Counted from the stretch's first letter, positions 45,358-55,543 are shown. The stretch is DNA of 64,000 nt from Thermoplasmata archaeon UBA184 (GCA_002495185.1 DAEB01000040.1:29184-93183), one strand, 5' to 3'. Notes: generated from the letters alone by a model not told the origin. Numbers and translations: made by a program.

Positions 45358-46485
45358 GTGCTCCGGTTGTTGATGATGAGTGATAGGACAGAGACGATTG
45401 GTATCGTCGCACCTCCCTTCAAGGTACTGCCTCTCGACGGGTATGGTGGGGTTGAGAGAGTGGTGGTAGATCGTTCATCTGCACTCCGCGAAGCAGGTTA
45501 TCGTGTTGAGTTGGCGGCTCCGACAAGCACGCCAAGTTTGGCGGATCGAACGACCCAGGTCAGGATAGTGAAAACGCCGAACCTGTCAGGTCCGACTTCC
45601 GGGGACAATGTACAGCGGGTGCGATGGCTCCTCTCGAGCGCACCATATGCGTTTCCTCTAGCTTACTCAAACTGCCGGTTCGATCCTTCGGTTCGAATAA
45701 TCTTCAACGATGCGTTTCGCAATGAGCTTTGGATAAGCTATCTGATGTCGGCTCGCTTTGGAGTGAGCCGGACAATCAATGTGCTGCACGGGTTCGTGAA
45801 CTGGGACTCAGTACCATACAAACAGCTCACACGGGCAGTGCGAGGACTGAATTTCGGAAGTCTGAATCGACCTACATACGATTGGATGAAGGACCGCGGC
45901 TTCAGAGTCTTCTACACACCTAATGGGGTTCGCATCCATTCGAATTTTCCTGCCGAACGACTCGTTCGTGAGAGTCTCTTGTTCGTCGGTAGAATTGATC
46001 GGATGAAGTCCCCCCACTTGGCAATCAAACTTGCGAAGATGTGCAAACGCCCGTTGAGAATTGTCGGACCGATTACCGATCTTGGATACTACCGTTCACG
46101 TGTTCAGCCGGAGCTTGGTGGCCAAATTGCCTATGTAGGAGAAGTTTCGGATCAAAGGCTGGAGGAAATCTTCCACGATAGCTCTGGGCTGGTCTACATC
46201 GGAACCTACAACGACCCGCTGCCGGATGTCTTATTGAGATCCATCACGCATGGTGTTCCGGTCATAGGAATCCGACCCGGTCCCTTCTCAGGCTTCCACG
46301 ATGTGGTGGTCGACGGACGGAATGGCGTCGTTTCGGATAGTATAGAAGGATTGGCCGCAAGAATCGACGACTTGGACCACTTCGACTCCGCCAGAATCAC
46401 AGCCGAGGCATTGGAGAAATGGTCGTGGGACAGTGTGATTCGGAGGTTCTACGAGCCGACTTTCAAACAGCTCCTCGCCGCGTAG
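45358..46485 (+). CDS. GT4-family glycosyltransferase
   Basis: LLFVGRIDRMKSPHLAIKLAK...VYIGTYNDPLPDVLLRSITHGVPVIGIRPGPFSGF. Confidence 0.7.
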   Translation: MLRLLMMSDRTETIGIVAPPFKVLPLDGYGGVERVVVDRSSALREAGYRVELAAPTSTPSLADRTTQVRIVKTPNLSGPTSGDNVQRVRWLLSSAPYAFPLAYSNCRFDPSVRIIFNDAFRNELWISYLMSARFGVSRTINVLHGFVNWDSVPYKQLTRAVRGLNFGSLNRPTYDWMKDRGFRVFYTPNGVRIHSNFPAERLVRESLLFVGRIDRMKSPHLAIKLAKMCKRPLRIVGPITDLGYYRSRVQPELGGQIAYVGEVSDQRLEEIFHDSSGLVYIGTYNDPLPDVLLRSITHGVPVIGIRPGPFSGFHDVVVDGRNGVVSDSIEGLAARIDDLDHFDSARITAEALEKWSWDSVIRRFYEPTFKQLLAA

Positions 46486-46561
46486 GACGCTCGTCGTGGC
46501 TTCGAAAACCTAGGCCCCTGGGGGGTGAATTGCCGAGCGTATCGAGCTCCAATCGATATAT

Positions 46562-48085
46562 TTGAAAGGAACATGGATTCCTGTACCACCGCGTGAGATG
46601 ACTCGGGCTCCGGACGTTCTAGTAATTGTCGGCGATTGCATCGGCAAGACCGGATTCGACAACGCTCGGCTGGCCGGCCATGGACTGCCTACGCTTGACA
46701 AACTCGCGAAGGCAGGGATCAGTTTCGAGGGTGCGATTTCCCCCTCGTCGTGGACCCTCCCAGCCCACGCGAGCATTTTCACGGGATTGTACCCTTGGAA
46801 CATTCGAATGCTGAACTCGCTGTCCACTCTTCCGGCCGGGACTAAGACTGTCGCGACCGAAGCCCTCAGCTCTGGTTACCGAACCGCTTCGTTTTCGTCA
46901 AATCCTTTCATTTCGCCGAGGACCGGGTTGACTCAGGGATTCTCGACGGTGAAGTGGGGCAGCTTTATCGAGGAGACTTTGCGCATGCCTTTCGTGCGGT
47001 CTCAGGGATCCCCTCCCAAGGGGAAAGCCCCCGCGACCGGTGTTCGACAAGTGGGGACCACGCTCCCCGACCAGCTTGTCAAACTCGGGCATTCCATCAT
47101 CGAGACCTATCCCTCGGCTTTGGACATGTCAATCCGATGTTGGACCAGATTGCACGCAGACCGCGCGATACCAAATCCGTGTGTGTCTCCTTGGATAGAA
47201 GCACATGTCGAATCCTGGCTTCGAAACATTCCACAGGACAGCCCAGCGTTCTGTTTTGTGAACTACATGGACGCCCACGAACCCTACGTTGGCGTCGAGT
47301 GTGGTTCCGCAGTGACATTGAGCTCCCTGAACCGGATGCGCGCTATTCGTCTCAGTGTTTCGAGGAGCAAGCGGACCGATAGACCGAGAGCGGATCCGGC
47401 GTTGGACGGGCTCAAATCATTGTACGAGCAGTCAATCCGAACAGTCGACTCCCGGATCGGAGTGATTCTTGATCTCTTTTCTCGGTATCGCGACAGTTCA
47501 AACTGCTGGATCTGCTTCCTCGGCGATCACGGACAGGTCTTTGGTGAGGATGGGAACCTGTTCCATGGGAGCGGGGGGACCGAGTCCCTCTTTCGCGTCC
47601 CGCTAATCATCAAACCCCCGCGATCTCAAGAACTCTGGGACCCGGCTAGTACACTAGTATCTCTCAAAGACTTGGGCAATCTTCTCTTTCGCGCAGTGAC
47701 GTCTACAACACGTGACCCTCCTGGCTTTGACATTCAATCCTGCTTTGTGCCTCGAGAGAATCGACTGATCTGGGCATTGGCCGATATCGGAACGTTCGCT
47801 CATGAAGGGAAGTCCCACGGCCTGCGACTGGATAGAGCTTCGACACATCACTTGCTCGCGTTCGCAGACAAAGATAGATTCGTCATCGACCCATCAGCCA
47901 AGTGCATTACCATCGTGAAGAGTTCACAATCTGTGGATGGGGGAGCAGCCCGTGGTGTCCCCGTGGAGTATGAGCGGTGGCTCCGCGAGGAGGCCGGGAA
48001 CGTGAGTCGAGCGCTCGATGCAGAGTCGGGCGTCGACCATGCGGATGCTCTGGAACGTCGGTTGCTTGCTTGGGGCTACGACTGA
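46562..48085 (+). CDS. sulfatase-like alkaline-phosphatase-superfamily protein, second copy with T-x-P-x-H motif
   Basis: SWTLPAHASIFTGLYPW and GDHGQVFGEDGNLFHGSG. Collinear with 28399..29934 (LDAHEPY, LF..TSDHGQ, RVPLI). Lower GC than the first copy. Confidence 0.75.
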   Translation: MKGTWIPVPPREMTRAPDVLVIVGDCIGKTGFDNARLAGHGLPTLDKLAKAGISFEGAISPSSWTLPAHASIFTGLYPWNIRMLNSLSTLPAGTKTVATEALSSGYRTASFSSNPFISPRTGLTQGFSTVKWGSFIEETLRMPFVRSQGSPPKGKAPATGVRQVGTTLPDQLVKLGHSIIETYPSALDMSIRCWTRLHADRAIPNPCVSPWIEAHVESWLRNIPQDSPAFCFVNYMDAHEPYVGVECGSAVTLSSLNRMRAIRLSVSRSKRTDRPRADPALDGLKSLYEQSIRTVDSRIGVILDLFSRYRDSSNCWICFLGDHGQVFGEDGNLFHGSGGTESLFRVPLIIKPPRSQELWDPASTLVSLKDLGNLLFRAVTSTTRDPPGFDIQSCFVPRENRLIWALADIGTFAHEGKSHGLRLDRASTHHLLAFADKDRFVIDPSAKCITIVKSSQSVDGGAARGVPVEYERWLREEAGNVSRALDAESGVDHADALERRLLAWGYD

Positions 48086-48248
48086 GGCACTTCCCGAGGT
48101 AGCGCTCCTTCGGCCACTTATGCTCAGTCGAAAGCATCGCTCCGATGCGATGCGCGAGCATCGAGCCAAAGCGAGCAATTGACGTGGCAACTTGACTCAC
48201 GTTGGCGAAGCTACATGCGTGAAATCGAACTTGCAGGACTCGTTATGA

Positions 48249-49145
48249 CTAGCCTAAGTGCGTGTAAAACCAGTGTGCAATCGCCCTCGTCGGTCTGGCT
48301 AGTCGCGGGTCGTTCATCATTCTAATCCCGATAAGGGATAGGAACATCGCCGGGATCGTTCGACTGAGATTCAACTTTGTGCTTGGGTCAGCACTCCAGT
48401 TCACAGGAACTTCCACAACACGGAACCCAGCACGTTCGAAGTGGAACAGCAGCGAAGCATCGAAGGCCCAATTCGTCAGGAAGACCTTCGGGAGGATACT
48501 CATGACCGCTTGGCGTCTGAAGAATTTGGCCCCGCATTGCGTGTCTTTTAGCTTCAAGCCCAAAACCACTCTCACCAGGAGGTTCCAGCTTTTCGAGAAC
48601 ACTCTTCTCGAAAAACGTGGATAAAGATCGCGATTGCTGCGATTGTCCCAGCGACTAGCAATTGCGCCTTCAGCAGTGGTCAACTCTGCCAAGAGATATG
48701 CCATGCTCACAGCAGTTATCGGCGCGTCCGCATCGATGAATCCGACGAGGTCGAACTTAGCTCTCCGAAAGCCTTCCATGACGGCGCCACCTTTGCCGAG
48801 ACGGTCTTCGAATTCAATAGCCCGTACCCCACGAGATTCGAATATTCGGGCGACCTCGGCCGTCCGGTCGGCTACACCATCGACGATCACGAGAACTTCG
48901 AAGGGTCTCCCGTACGATTCCAGGAGAGGCAGGTATCTCTCGAGTGCAATCGGAAGCCGTGCTTCTTCGTTCCAGGCGGGGATAATGAGGCTCACTCCAT
49001 CGGGCCCTTCAACCGGCTCTAACTGCTCTTCGTACCTTGACCCTGATACGGCCACGGGAAACTCGACGGCCGAACGTAGCGCCGCACTCCTGGGGAGGCT
49101 CGGCATCATGAAGGGGACCTCATGACTGGGGCGCAACAGATCCAA
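48249..49145 (-). CDS. GT2 glycosyltransferase, dolichyl/polyprenyl-phosphate hexose synthase-like (DPM1/AglD-like)
   Basis: SLIIPAWNEE, VLVIVDGVADRTAEVA, RLGKGGAVMEGF, FIDADAP, QCGAKFFRR are the motif set of Dol-P-Man/Glc synthase-type GT2 enzymes. Confidence 0.8.
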   Translation of the reverse strand: MDLLRPSHEVPFMMPSLPRSAALRSAVEFPVAVSGSRYEEQLEPVEGPDGVSLIIPAWNEEARLPIALERYLPLLESYGRPFEVLVIVDGVADRTAEVARIFESRGVRAIEFEDRLGKGGAVMEGFRRAKFDLVGFIDADAPITAVSMAYLLAELTTAEGAIASRWDNRSNRDLYPRFSRRVFSKSWNLLVRVVLGLKLKDTQCGAKFFRRQAVMSILPKVFLTNWAFDASLLFHFERAGFRVVEVPVNWSADPSTKLNLSRTIPAMFLSLIGIRMMNDPRLARPTRAIAHWFYTHLG

Positions 49146-49577
49146 TGAGACGCATTCATGTTAGCGTCCCGTAACTCCCACCTAAGTGCGCCGGGTCGTC
49201 GGGGCAGGCCGGAGATATCGCGATTGCCAGCACTCCACTAGGTTCAACCGCATTCACATCCGGGCGAATGGTATGTAGAGTCGACAATGGGGAATAAACT
49301 CTCGTTCGTCCGATTGGTTATTCAACAGGAAATGCACATCCGGCCCGGTCCAGGGTTCGCCTAACGTGCAATCGAGCGCCGGAACCAATGCTGCCAATTG
49401 GAGTTGCGACACAGTCCCTCTCGGTCAGGTGTAGTTCGGGATTAATGTCGAGTACCCCCCCCGCAAGCACGACGTTGGCTGTACCCTTTAGGCTGCGAGT
49501 ACCCCATGTTATACGTCGAGTTGTTGCAAGGCAGCTTGCAACCAAGTCTTCGTCTCGAACCGGTCCGTGTGGCAGGA

Positions 49578-50021
49578 CTACGCTCCCACCCACTCGGTCT
49601 CTGGAATCCCTTCGAAGTGCTTGTCCGCGGTGAGAACTCTCGCCCCAAGACAGCGAGCGAACGAAAGAATGATTGCATCGGCGAAGCTCGGGAGGCCAAT
49701 CTTTCGGATACGGCCGCGTTGTCGCAGTTCCTCGTCAGCGCTGATTGCTCCCAAGGCGACATCGATGTCTATGGATTGAATCGTGCTGAGGGCCCCCATC
49801 GACCGAAGGTGCCCGACAATCTGGTCGCGTTCCATCCCCTGACGTGCGAACACCCTCGCCAGTTCCGCCAGCACGATGTCCGGCGTGACCAGATCGCCTG
49901 AAGACTCGAATTTCTCGCGGACCCTCGGCCCCCGGGGGCCAGCGGTAAGGAACTCGACCCAAGCGTAGGAGTCAACGATCAGCGTCAAGACGGTCCGACT
50001 CCCGGAACGCACGCATCCCAC
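49578..50021 (-). CDS. vapC: PIN-domain protein (VapC-like toxin)
   Basis: LIVDSYAWVEFL with conserved Asp, then LTADKHF. The start is probably internal (near 49990). Confidence 0.6.
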   Translation of the reverse strand: MGCVRSGSRTVLTLIVDSYAWVEFLTAGPRGPRVREKFESSGDLVTPDIVLAELARVFARQGMERDQIVGHLRSMGALSTIQSIDIDVALGAISADEELRQRGRIRKIGLPSFADAIILSFARCLGARVLTADKHFEGIPETEWVGA

Positions 50022-50202
50022 GAGCGCTCCCGTAGATCTGGGCGACGAGCTCCTTGCGTTTCACGGCAAGGAGAGTACGAATCGCGTCGTCCAGGGTCCT
50101 GCTTCCAAGCGCCCGTTGAAACCTCTCCAGTTCAGAAAGGGTTTCACGGGACACGCGTACCGAGCTGATCGCAGCAGACATCTCGGCGTGTGCATGCCGC
50201 AT
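49972..50202 (-). CDS. putative antitoxin partner of the PIN protein
   Basis: 76-aa ORF overlapping the PIN gene start. SRETLSELERFQRALGSRTLDDAIRTLL is helical. Confidence 0.4.
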   Translation of the reverse strand: MRHAHAEMSAAISSVRVSRETLSELERFQRALGSRTLDDAIRTLLAVKRKELVAQIYGSARGMRAFRESDRLDADR

Positions 50203-50359
50203 GCATTATATCAGCATTTCCGACCGTGCGGAATGTGAGCGGTGGCTCGGCAAGAATCGAGGGACTGGCGCGGAGGACTCTCGCGCGTCGCGGGGGGGCG
50301 GTGCAATGCTGCTTACACCCACTGGATTCCGGAGACCGCCTGGGGCCCCCAATCAGCCA

Positions 50360-50734
50360 TTACCGGACGAACTGAACGCCCTCGACGCCACGAAACGCGG
50401 GATCCCCCGTCAGGAACGGTACCCCGAGATTCCCTGCCGCGGCGTATCCCCAGGCGTCGATGTAGGAACAGTCCTTCCGATGGGACCTCATGGATTGGCG
50501 AAACTCACCTGCAATGAAAGCAACCTCCGGCGGAACCGGGACGATCATGGCCAGGATGCCCGATGCGAGCTCTCGGCTCTCGACGGGATCGATGCGGCGC
50601 AAGAGAGTAGCGTAGACCTCCAAGAGATTCAGGGAGCTCGTCACTACATCCTTACGTCGGAATATGCGGACGTAACGCTCGTTTCCCTCGAGGACCGCTA
50701 CGAGGGCGTAGCTATCGGCGAAGAGGTCAACCAA
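50360..50734 (-). CDS. vapC: PIN-domain protein (VapC-like toxin)
   Basis: MVDLFADSYALVAVLEG with conserved Asp, plus downstream YIDAWGYAAAGNLGVPFLTGDPAF. Confidence 0.65.
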   Translation of the reverse strand: MVDLFADSYALVAVLEGNERYVRIFRRKDVVTSSLNLLEVYATLLRRIDPVESRELASGILAMIVPVPPEVAFIAGEFRQSMRSHRKDCSYIDAWGYAAAGNLGVPFLTGDPAFRGVEGVQFVR

Positions 50735-50939
50735 GGTCCTCGCCCTCGTTGCTCAATCGGGTGAATTCGTCGGCGGTAAGCCTTCCTTTCAGCCGCCCCG
50801 CCATTTGGACGAACTTCGGAAGACGCTCGAGCGAGACGTAGAGCTCGTCCCCAGGGGAGAGCTTCAGATCCCGGACCATCTCGTGGGGGATCGGCAACCC
50901 GAGGGAGTTTCCCGTTCGTCGGACGACCAGCTTCGGCAT
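50727..50939 (-). CDS. vapB: AbrB/MazE/SpoVT-family antitoxin (VapB-like)
   Basis: RRTGNSLGLPIPHEMVRDLKLSPGDELYVS is a swapped-hairpin AbrB-type motif. Overlaps the PIN start by 8 nt. Confidence 0.6.
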   Translation of the reverse strand: MPKLVVRRTGNSLGLPIPHEMVRDLKLSPGDELYVSLERLPKFVQMAGRLKGRLTADEFTRLSNEGEDLG

Positions 50940-51082
50940 CCGGCGGTGTAATACAAGATGTATTACATTAGGTCATCCCGGGCGACGGAAGGTGGGATCT
51001 GGCGGTCGCTCACTGCTCGAGAATCCGGCGCTCACCGTCCCTCCCATCTCGGAATCCCCGAGCCGAACGGTATTTCTCATCC

Positions 51083-52954
51083 ATGCCCATCGACCGCATC
51101 GTGTTCCCGTCGGTGCGCGAACCCATTCTAGGCTCCACCGCTCCTTGGAAGAGGCGGTTCCTGCTGCCCCGAATCGCCGCGAAGGTAGCGTCGGGAGCGC
51201 CGGATCGGGTCCTGATTGGCAGCAACAAGTCGGGCAAGTTCGAGCTCTACTCGTACGACCTAGCTCTCGGGACCCTTCAGCAGTTGACGAATCGACCCTT
51301 TGGCACGCCGAACGGTTACCTGTCGGACGATGGCCAGCACGTGTACTATCTCGACGACGAGATGGGGAATGAGACCGGCCACTTCGTCCGGATTCCATTC
51401 GGCCACCCGGAGGCGCACCCTCAGGACCTTACTCCTGCTATGCCAAAGTACTCGACTTCCGAGTGCTTCGTAGACGGGCACAGCTCGCGCTTCGGTTTCA
51501 CTCTCCCCGGTCCCGAGGGGTTCGATTCGTATCTGCTCTCCATCTCCTCGGACGGTCCCGTCGGGAGTCCGCGGAGGCTTAACCGGAGTCCCAAACTCGC
51601 CGGCGGCCCTATCCTATCGGCCGATGGGACCCGGGCCATCGTGGCCTCCTGCGAGGCGCAGGGCGGCCTCGATTTCGGTCTGTTCTCTTTCGATTCTACC
51701 TCGGGGGAAAGGATTGCCGAACTCTCCCTCGATTCGAGCAGCGTTGAACCTGTCGCGTTCTCGCCGCTCGAGGGAGACCCACGGATCCTCGCGACGAGCA
51801 CCGAGAGCGGCCCTCGAAGACCCGGGATCTGGGACGCGACGAGCGGAAAGCTCGTCGCGCTGGAGGTCGGCTCCCTGGAGGGGGACATCGAACCTCTCGC
51901 GTGGTCACCGGATGCCGGTCGGGTCGTTCTCTCCCAGCTCCTCCGGGCCTCTCAGCGACTGTATCTCTACGACCTCGGCCGCTCCGCCGTCACCCGATTG
52001 GACCATCCCTCCGGCGCCTTCGACTCGGCATGCTTCCGTGGGAGAGAGATCCTCCTCCGCTGGCAGAATTCTACCCACCCTCCCCAACTGATTGCTCTCG
52101 ACCCGGACCGGGGTTCGTCGAGAGTGCTACTTCCGAGCGAGGAATCACCGCCCAACCGCGCCTGGACCTCCGTAACATTCCCTTCTTCCGACGGCCAAGA
52201 GATCCAAGGCTGGGTGGCCGTACCGCCGGGGGACGGCCCGTTCCCGACCATCCTCGAGACACACGGTGGTCCCACTTACGTCGAGCGGGAGGGCTTCTCC
52301 CCTTCGAGCCAGATGTGGCTGGACCACGGGTTCGCCTACGCTTCGATCAACTACCGAGGGTCCACGACCTTCGGGAAGGAGTTCGAGAAGAAGATCTACG
52401 GGGACCTCGGCCACTGGGAGGTCGAGGACATGGTCGCCGCCCGAGACTGGCTCGTGAATGACGGCGTCGCTCGGGCCGACACGATCTTTCTCACCGGCTG
52501 GTCCTACGGGGGATACCTGACCCTGCAGGCCATGGGGTTGAGGCCGGACCTCTGGGCGGGGGGGATCGGGGGCGTCGTCGTGGCCGATTGGGTGACTCAG
52601 TTCGAGGATGAGTCGGAGAATCTACGGGGATACGACCTGGCCCTGTTCGGGGGTCCTCCGTCGGAGAAGCGGGAGAGCTACGAGAGAGCATCTCCGATTC
52701 GCTACCTCGAGAACGTCTCGGGACCGATTCTCATCATCCAGGGGAGGAACGATTCTCGAGACCCGCCTCGGCAAGTCGAGCTCTACGAAGCCAAAGCGCG
52801 CGCTCTGGGCAAGGAGGTCCGGGTCCTATGGTTCGACTCGGGTCATATAGGGGCCTTCGTCGATATCGGGCTGTCCATTAGCCACCACGAGGCCATGCTG
52901 CGCTTCGTCTACGACGTCCTGAATCGCCAGCCGAAAGCCTCGCCCCAGTCCTAA
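51083..52954 (+). CDS. S9-family serine peptidase (prolyl oligopeptidase/acylaminoacyl-peptidase-like) with N-terminal beta-propeller
   Basis: GWSYGGYLTL (G-x-S-x-G nucleophile elbow), downstream RNDSRDP (catalytic Asp region) and GH near the C-terminus. Confidence 0.85.
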   Translation: MPIDRIVFPSVREPILGSTAPWKRRFLLPRIAAKVASGAPDRVLIGSNKSGKFELYSYDLALGTLQQLTNRPFGTPNGYLSDDGQHVYYLDDEMGNETGHFVRIPFGHPEAHPQDLTPAMPKYSTSECFVDGHSSRFGFTLPGPEGFDSYLLSISSDGPVGSPRRLNRSPKLAGGPILSADGTRAIVASCEAQGGLDFGLFSFDSTSGERIAELSLDSSSVEPVAFSPLEGDPRILATSTESGPRRPGIWDATSGKLVALEVGSLEGDIEPLAWSPDAGRVVLSQLLRASQRLYLYDLGRSAVTRLDHPSGAFDSACFRGREILLRWQNSTHPPQLIALDPDRGSSRVLLPSEESPPNRAWTSVTFPSSDGQEIQGWVAVPPGDGPFPTILETHGGPTYVEREGFSPSSQMWLDHGFAYASINYRGSTTFGKEFEKKIYGDLGHWEVEDMVAARDWLVNDGVARADTIFLTGWSYGGYLTLQAMGLRPDLWAGGIGGVVVADWVTQFEDESENLRGYDLALFGGPPSEKRESYERASPIRYLENVSGPILIIQGRNDSRDPPRQVELYEAKARALGKEVRVLWFDSGHIGAFVDIGLSISHHEAMLRFVYDVLNRQPKASPQS

Positions 52955-53110
52955 GATCGAATTCCCGACGACCCGCGGTCCCGATCATCGAAGTGCGTTG
53001 CTTGCACTTGCACCCACTGCCCCAATGCGCTGGGCGACTGGCGACAAATTCCGGCACTGTGGGTCAGGAAGTATCGGTAGGTCCCAAACCCGGTCTTCAG
53101 GTCCTGCGAA

Positions 53111-53938
53111 TCACTCCAATCCGTAGCCGCGGAAGACCTCGTACTTGACTCGATAGGCGGCGACCCCCAGCCCTAGCAGATTGCGATACGTCTCCTGCAC
53201 CATCCCGGGCGTGCCGCACACGTAGTACGTTGGCCCGTCCAGCCCGCGCGACGCCTCGCTAAGGAGGTCGCTCTCGATGCGTCCGCGACGTCCCGTCCAG
53301 GACGAGTCCTTCGGGGCGCGCGTGAGAGTGTGAAGGACGTGGAAGCGGGGGTTTTGCCGCGTCAGACCATCCAGTTCCAAACGGTACGCGATCTCTGTTT
53401 CGTCTCGGCTCGAGTACACGAGGCGCACGTCCAAGGGAAGGTGACGGTCCGTCGCATACTCGGCCATCCCCTTGAGGGGCGTGATGCCGATGCCCCCCGC
53501 GACGAGAACAGCGGGAGTGGTCTCATCGAGCACGAAATGGCCGTAGGCGCCGTCCACTTCGGCATCATCGCCCGGACCGAGCGCCGCAAACGCCTCTTTC
53601 CAGGGAGAGTTCGAAACCCGCGCCCCGAACTCCAAATAGGGCTTGGTCGGAGAACACGCGAGCGACATCGGGTACTCGATAGGACCGCGCCCGGTTGAGA
53701 GCTCCAGACCGCAGAACTGGACGGGCGCGAAGTCGAATCCGGCAGGCTTCTCGAACTTCACATCATGCACGGTTGGAGTCACGCGAGTTGACTCCAAGAC
53801 CCGGACCCGAGAGATCACGAACCTGCCTCTTTCCACTCCATCCCGGCCTGCAGATAATGACTGAGTTGTTGGGGATTCGATCGGTTGGGTGCATGGGAGC
53901 TTGCTGCCGCCGGACGGGCTTTCCCCAAGGTGGCGCAC
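53111..53938 (-). CDS. FAD/NAD(P)-binding oxidoreductase, ferredoxin-NADP reductase-like
   Basis: VLVAGGIGITP (NAD-binding), YYVCGTPGM (C-terminal motif). The N-terminal region is an FAD-binding barrel. Start probably internal (about 53836). Confidence 0.65.
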   Translation of the reverse strand: MRHLGESPSGGSKLPCTQPIESPTTQSLSAGRDGVERGRFVISRVRVLESTRVTPTVHDVKFEKPAGFDFAPVQFCGLELSTGRGPIEYPMSLACSPTKPYLEFGARVSNSPWKEAFAALGPGDDAEVDGAYGHFVLDETTPAVLVAGGIGITPLKGMAEYATDRHLPLDVRLVYSSRDETEIAYRLELDGLTRQNPRFHVLHTLTRAPKDSSWTGRRGRIESDLLSEASRGLDGPTYYVCGTPGMVQETYRNLLGLGVAAYRVKYEVFRGYGLE

Positions 53939-54088
53939 GGGGCCCTAGGCGACCGAGACCTCCAACACTGTCCTCTTTGGACCACCGCAAGATCCCAGAA
54001 TCGCGCCTCATCCGAGTGAATCCTTGCTGATTCCCCGCGAGCGGTCGCGAGCAGGACCGGACCGGGCAGCGGACCGATCTGCCGAGTG

Positions 54089-54472
54089 TCAGTGCAGCCG
54101 AACTAGCCCGCGAATCTCATCGAAGTCGGAGTCGAACGACACAATGGTCGTCTCGCCCTCCCGGACCATGGCTTCCACCATCGCGCAGTCCGGGACGGAC
54201 AGCCGCCCATCGTGGGCCACGTGCCGCGCCATCGCGGAGTCCAGCAACTCGTCATCCAGGTAGATGATGTGGCAGGAGTCGCAGAAGAATTGGTAGAGCT
54301 CGCGCGCCGGCTTTCCTCCCTTCCGTGACCCGATGATGGTAACCGCCTCAGATACAGTAAGGTCGAGAACTCGGAGCTCCCCTCGAACGCGCGGTTGGAG
54401 GGCGAGAGCAGGCTTGTGCCACTGGTCTTTCGCGTCGACCAGACCAACCCAGTAGGATGAATCAACGAACAC
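54089..54472 (-). CDS. vapC: PIN-domain protein (VapC-like toxin)
   Basis: MFVDSSYWVGLVDAKD (conserved Asp), ...IYLDDELL..., SFDSDFDEI: the PIN acidic quartet. Confidence 0.65.
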   Translation of the reverse strand: MFVDSSYWVGLVDAKDQWHKPALALQPRVRGELRVLDLTVSEAVTIIGSRKGGKPARELYQFFCDSCHIIYLDDELLDSAMARHVAHDGRLSVPDCAMVEAMVREGETTIVSFDSDFDEIRGLVRLH

Positions 54473-54710
54473 GATCGCGAAGTCCCTGAACGGTCTTCTT
54501 GCTCGCGACGGCGTCCCCCCCGTGGCTCACGATTCCCACGATGTCCTCCATCGTGACCGGCCTCCGGACCCGGACCATGAGCTCCGTCCCCCGAAGCTGC
54601 CATTCGAGCCGGTCACCCTCCCGGGCACCCATCGCCTGACGGACATCCCGGGGCACTACCGTCAAGAAACCCCGAGAGATCTTGCTCTCCCTAAGCACAT
54701 CTGTCCCCAT
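54462..54710 (-). CDS. vapB: AbrB/SpoVT-family antitoxin
   Basis: SKISRGFLTVVPRDVRQAMGAREGDRLEWQL is an AbrB-type swapped hairpin. Overlaps the PIN gene start. Confidence 0.55.
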   Translation of the reverse strand: MGTDVLRESKISRGFLTVVPRDVRQAMGAREGDRLEWQLRGTELMVRVRRPVTMEDIVGIVSHGGDAVASKKTVQGLRDRVR

Positions 54711-54849
54711 AGTGACCGTGAGAACTAAGCGGTTCTATCTATTAAGGATTGACTCTGCGCCGATGAAGATCTTGTCCGTTGCGGGTGCAACACAACTTGC
54801 ATCCTCTCGTTCGATCCGGCGCGCAGGTTAGCCTCCCGGGAGGCAAGGG

Positions 54850-55353
54850 CTAGTACTCGCCCTCGAGCCGTTTCGCCGCCGTGTAGTTCACGAGGGGTCC
54901 CCCCAGCAGGTTGGAGTTGCTCACGAACACCAAGGTGCCGTCCTCCTGCTTGACGACCGTGGTCACGAGTCCGAAGCTGACGACCTCTCCCTTCACGCCT
55001 CCGAACTGGATGACGTCGCCGATCCGAATCGCCCGGTGCTGCAGCAGGATCACGCCCGAGACGAAGTTCTGGAGGGTGGTCTGCAACGCCAGCGTCACGG
55101 CGATCCCGGTGACCGCGGAGAAGGTGATGGTGGAAAGGAGGCTGATCGGGCCGAGAGTGACGGACGTCCCGATCAGTACCAGCGCCACCCAGATGACAGT
55201 GACCAGGATCTCAAGGCCCCGGACCTGAGCGGGGCTGGAGCCGGCCCGTTTCGCTCGTTCCCGGATCCATCGGGTCAGAAGAATCCCAACGACCGCCGGG
55301 ACGAGCACGAGCAGGACGATGTCGAGAACCCACACGTCAATCGATAACGCCAC
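54850..55353 (-). CDS. small-conductance mechanosensitive channel (MscS family)
   Basis: LQNFVSGVILLQHRAIRIGDVIQFGGVKGEVVSFGLVTTVVKQEDGTLVFVSNSNL is the MscS pore-helix/beta-domain signature. Confidence 0.75.
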   Translation of the reverse strand: MALSIDVWVLDIVLLVLVPAVVGILLTRWIRERAKRAGSSPAQVRGLEILVTVIWVALVLIGTSVTLGPISLLSTITFSAVTGIAVTLALQTTLQNFVSGVILLQHRAIRIGDVIQFGGVKGEVVSFGLVTTVVKQEDGTLVFVSNSNLLGGPLVNYTAAKRLEGEY

Positions 55354-55543
55354 GGTGTCGGTTCCCCAAGCGGGGCACCGGTTTCGAGGCTATTTCATGA
55401 CTCTCACCGGCGCGGGGCGCTACAGTGCCCGGTGATCTGAGCGGGGCCGAAAGCGAAGCGGGGGTCCCCGGGCTCGTCACGCCGCGCGACGGATTCTGCT
55501 CTCAGTCCCCCGAGGGGGTCGACTTTCCTCTTTCGTTCCAGGC

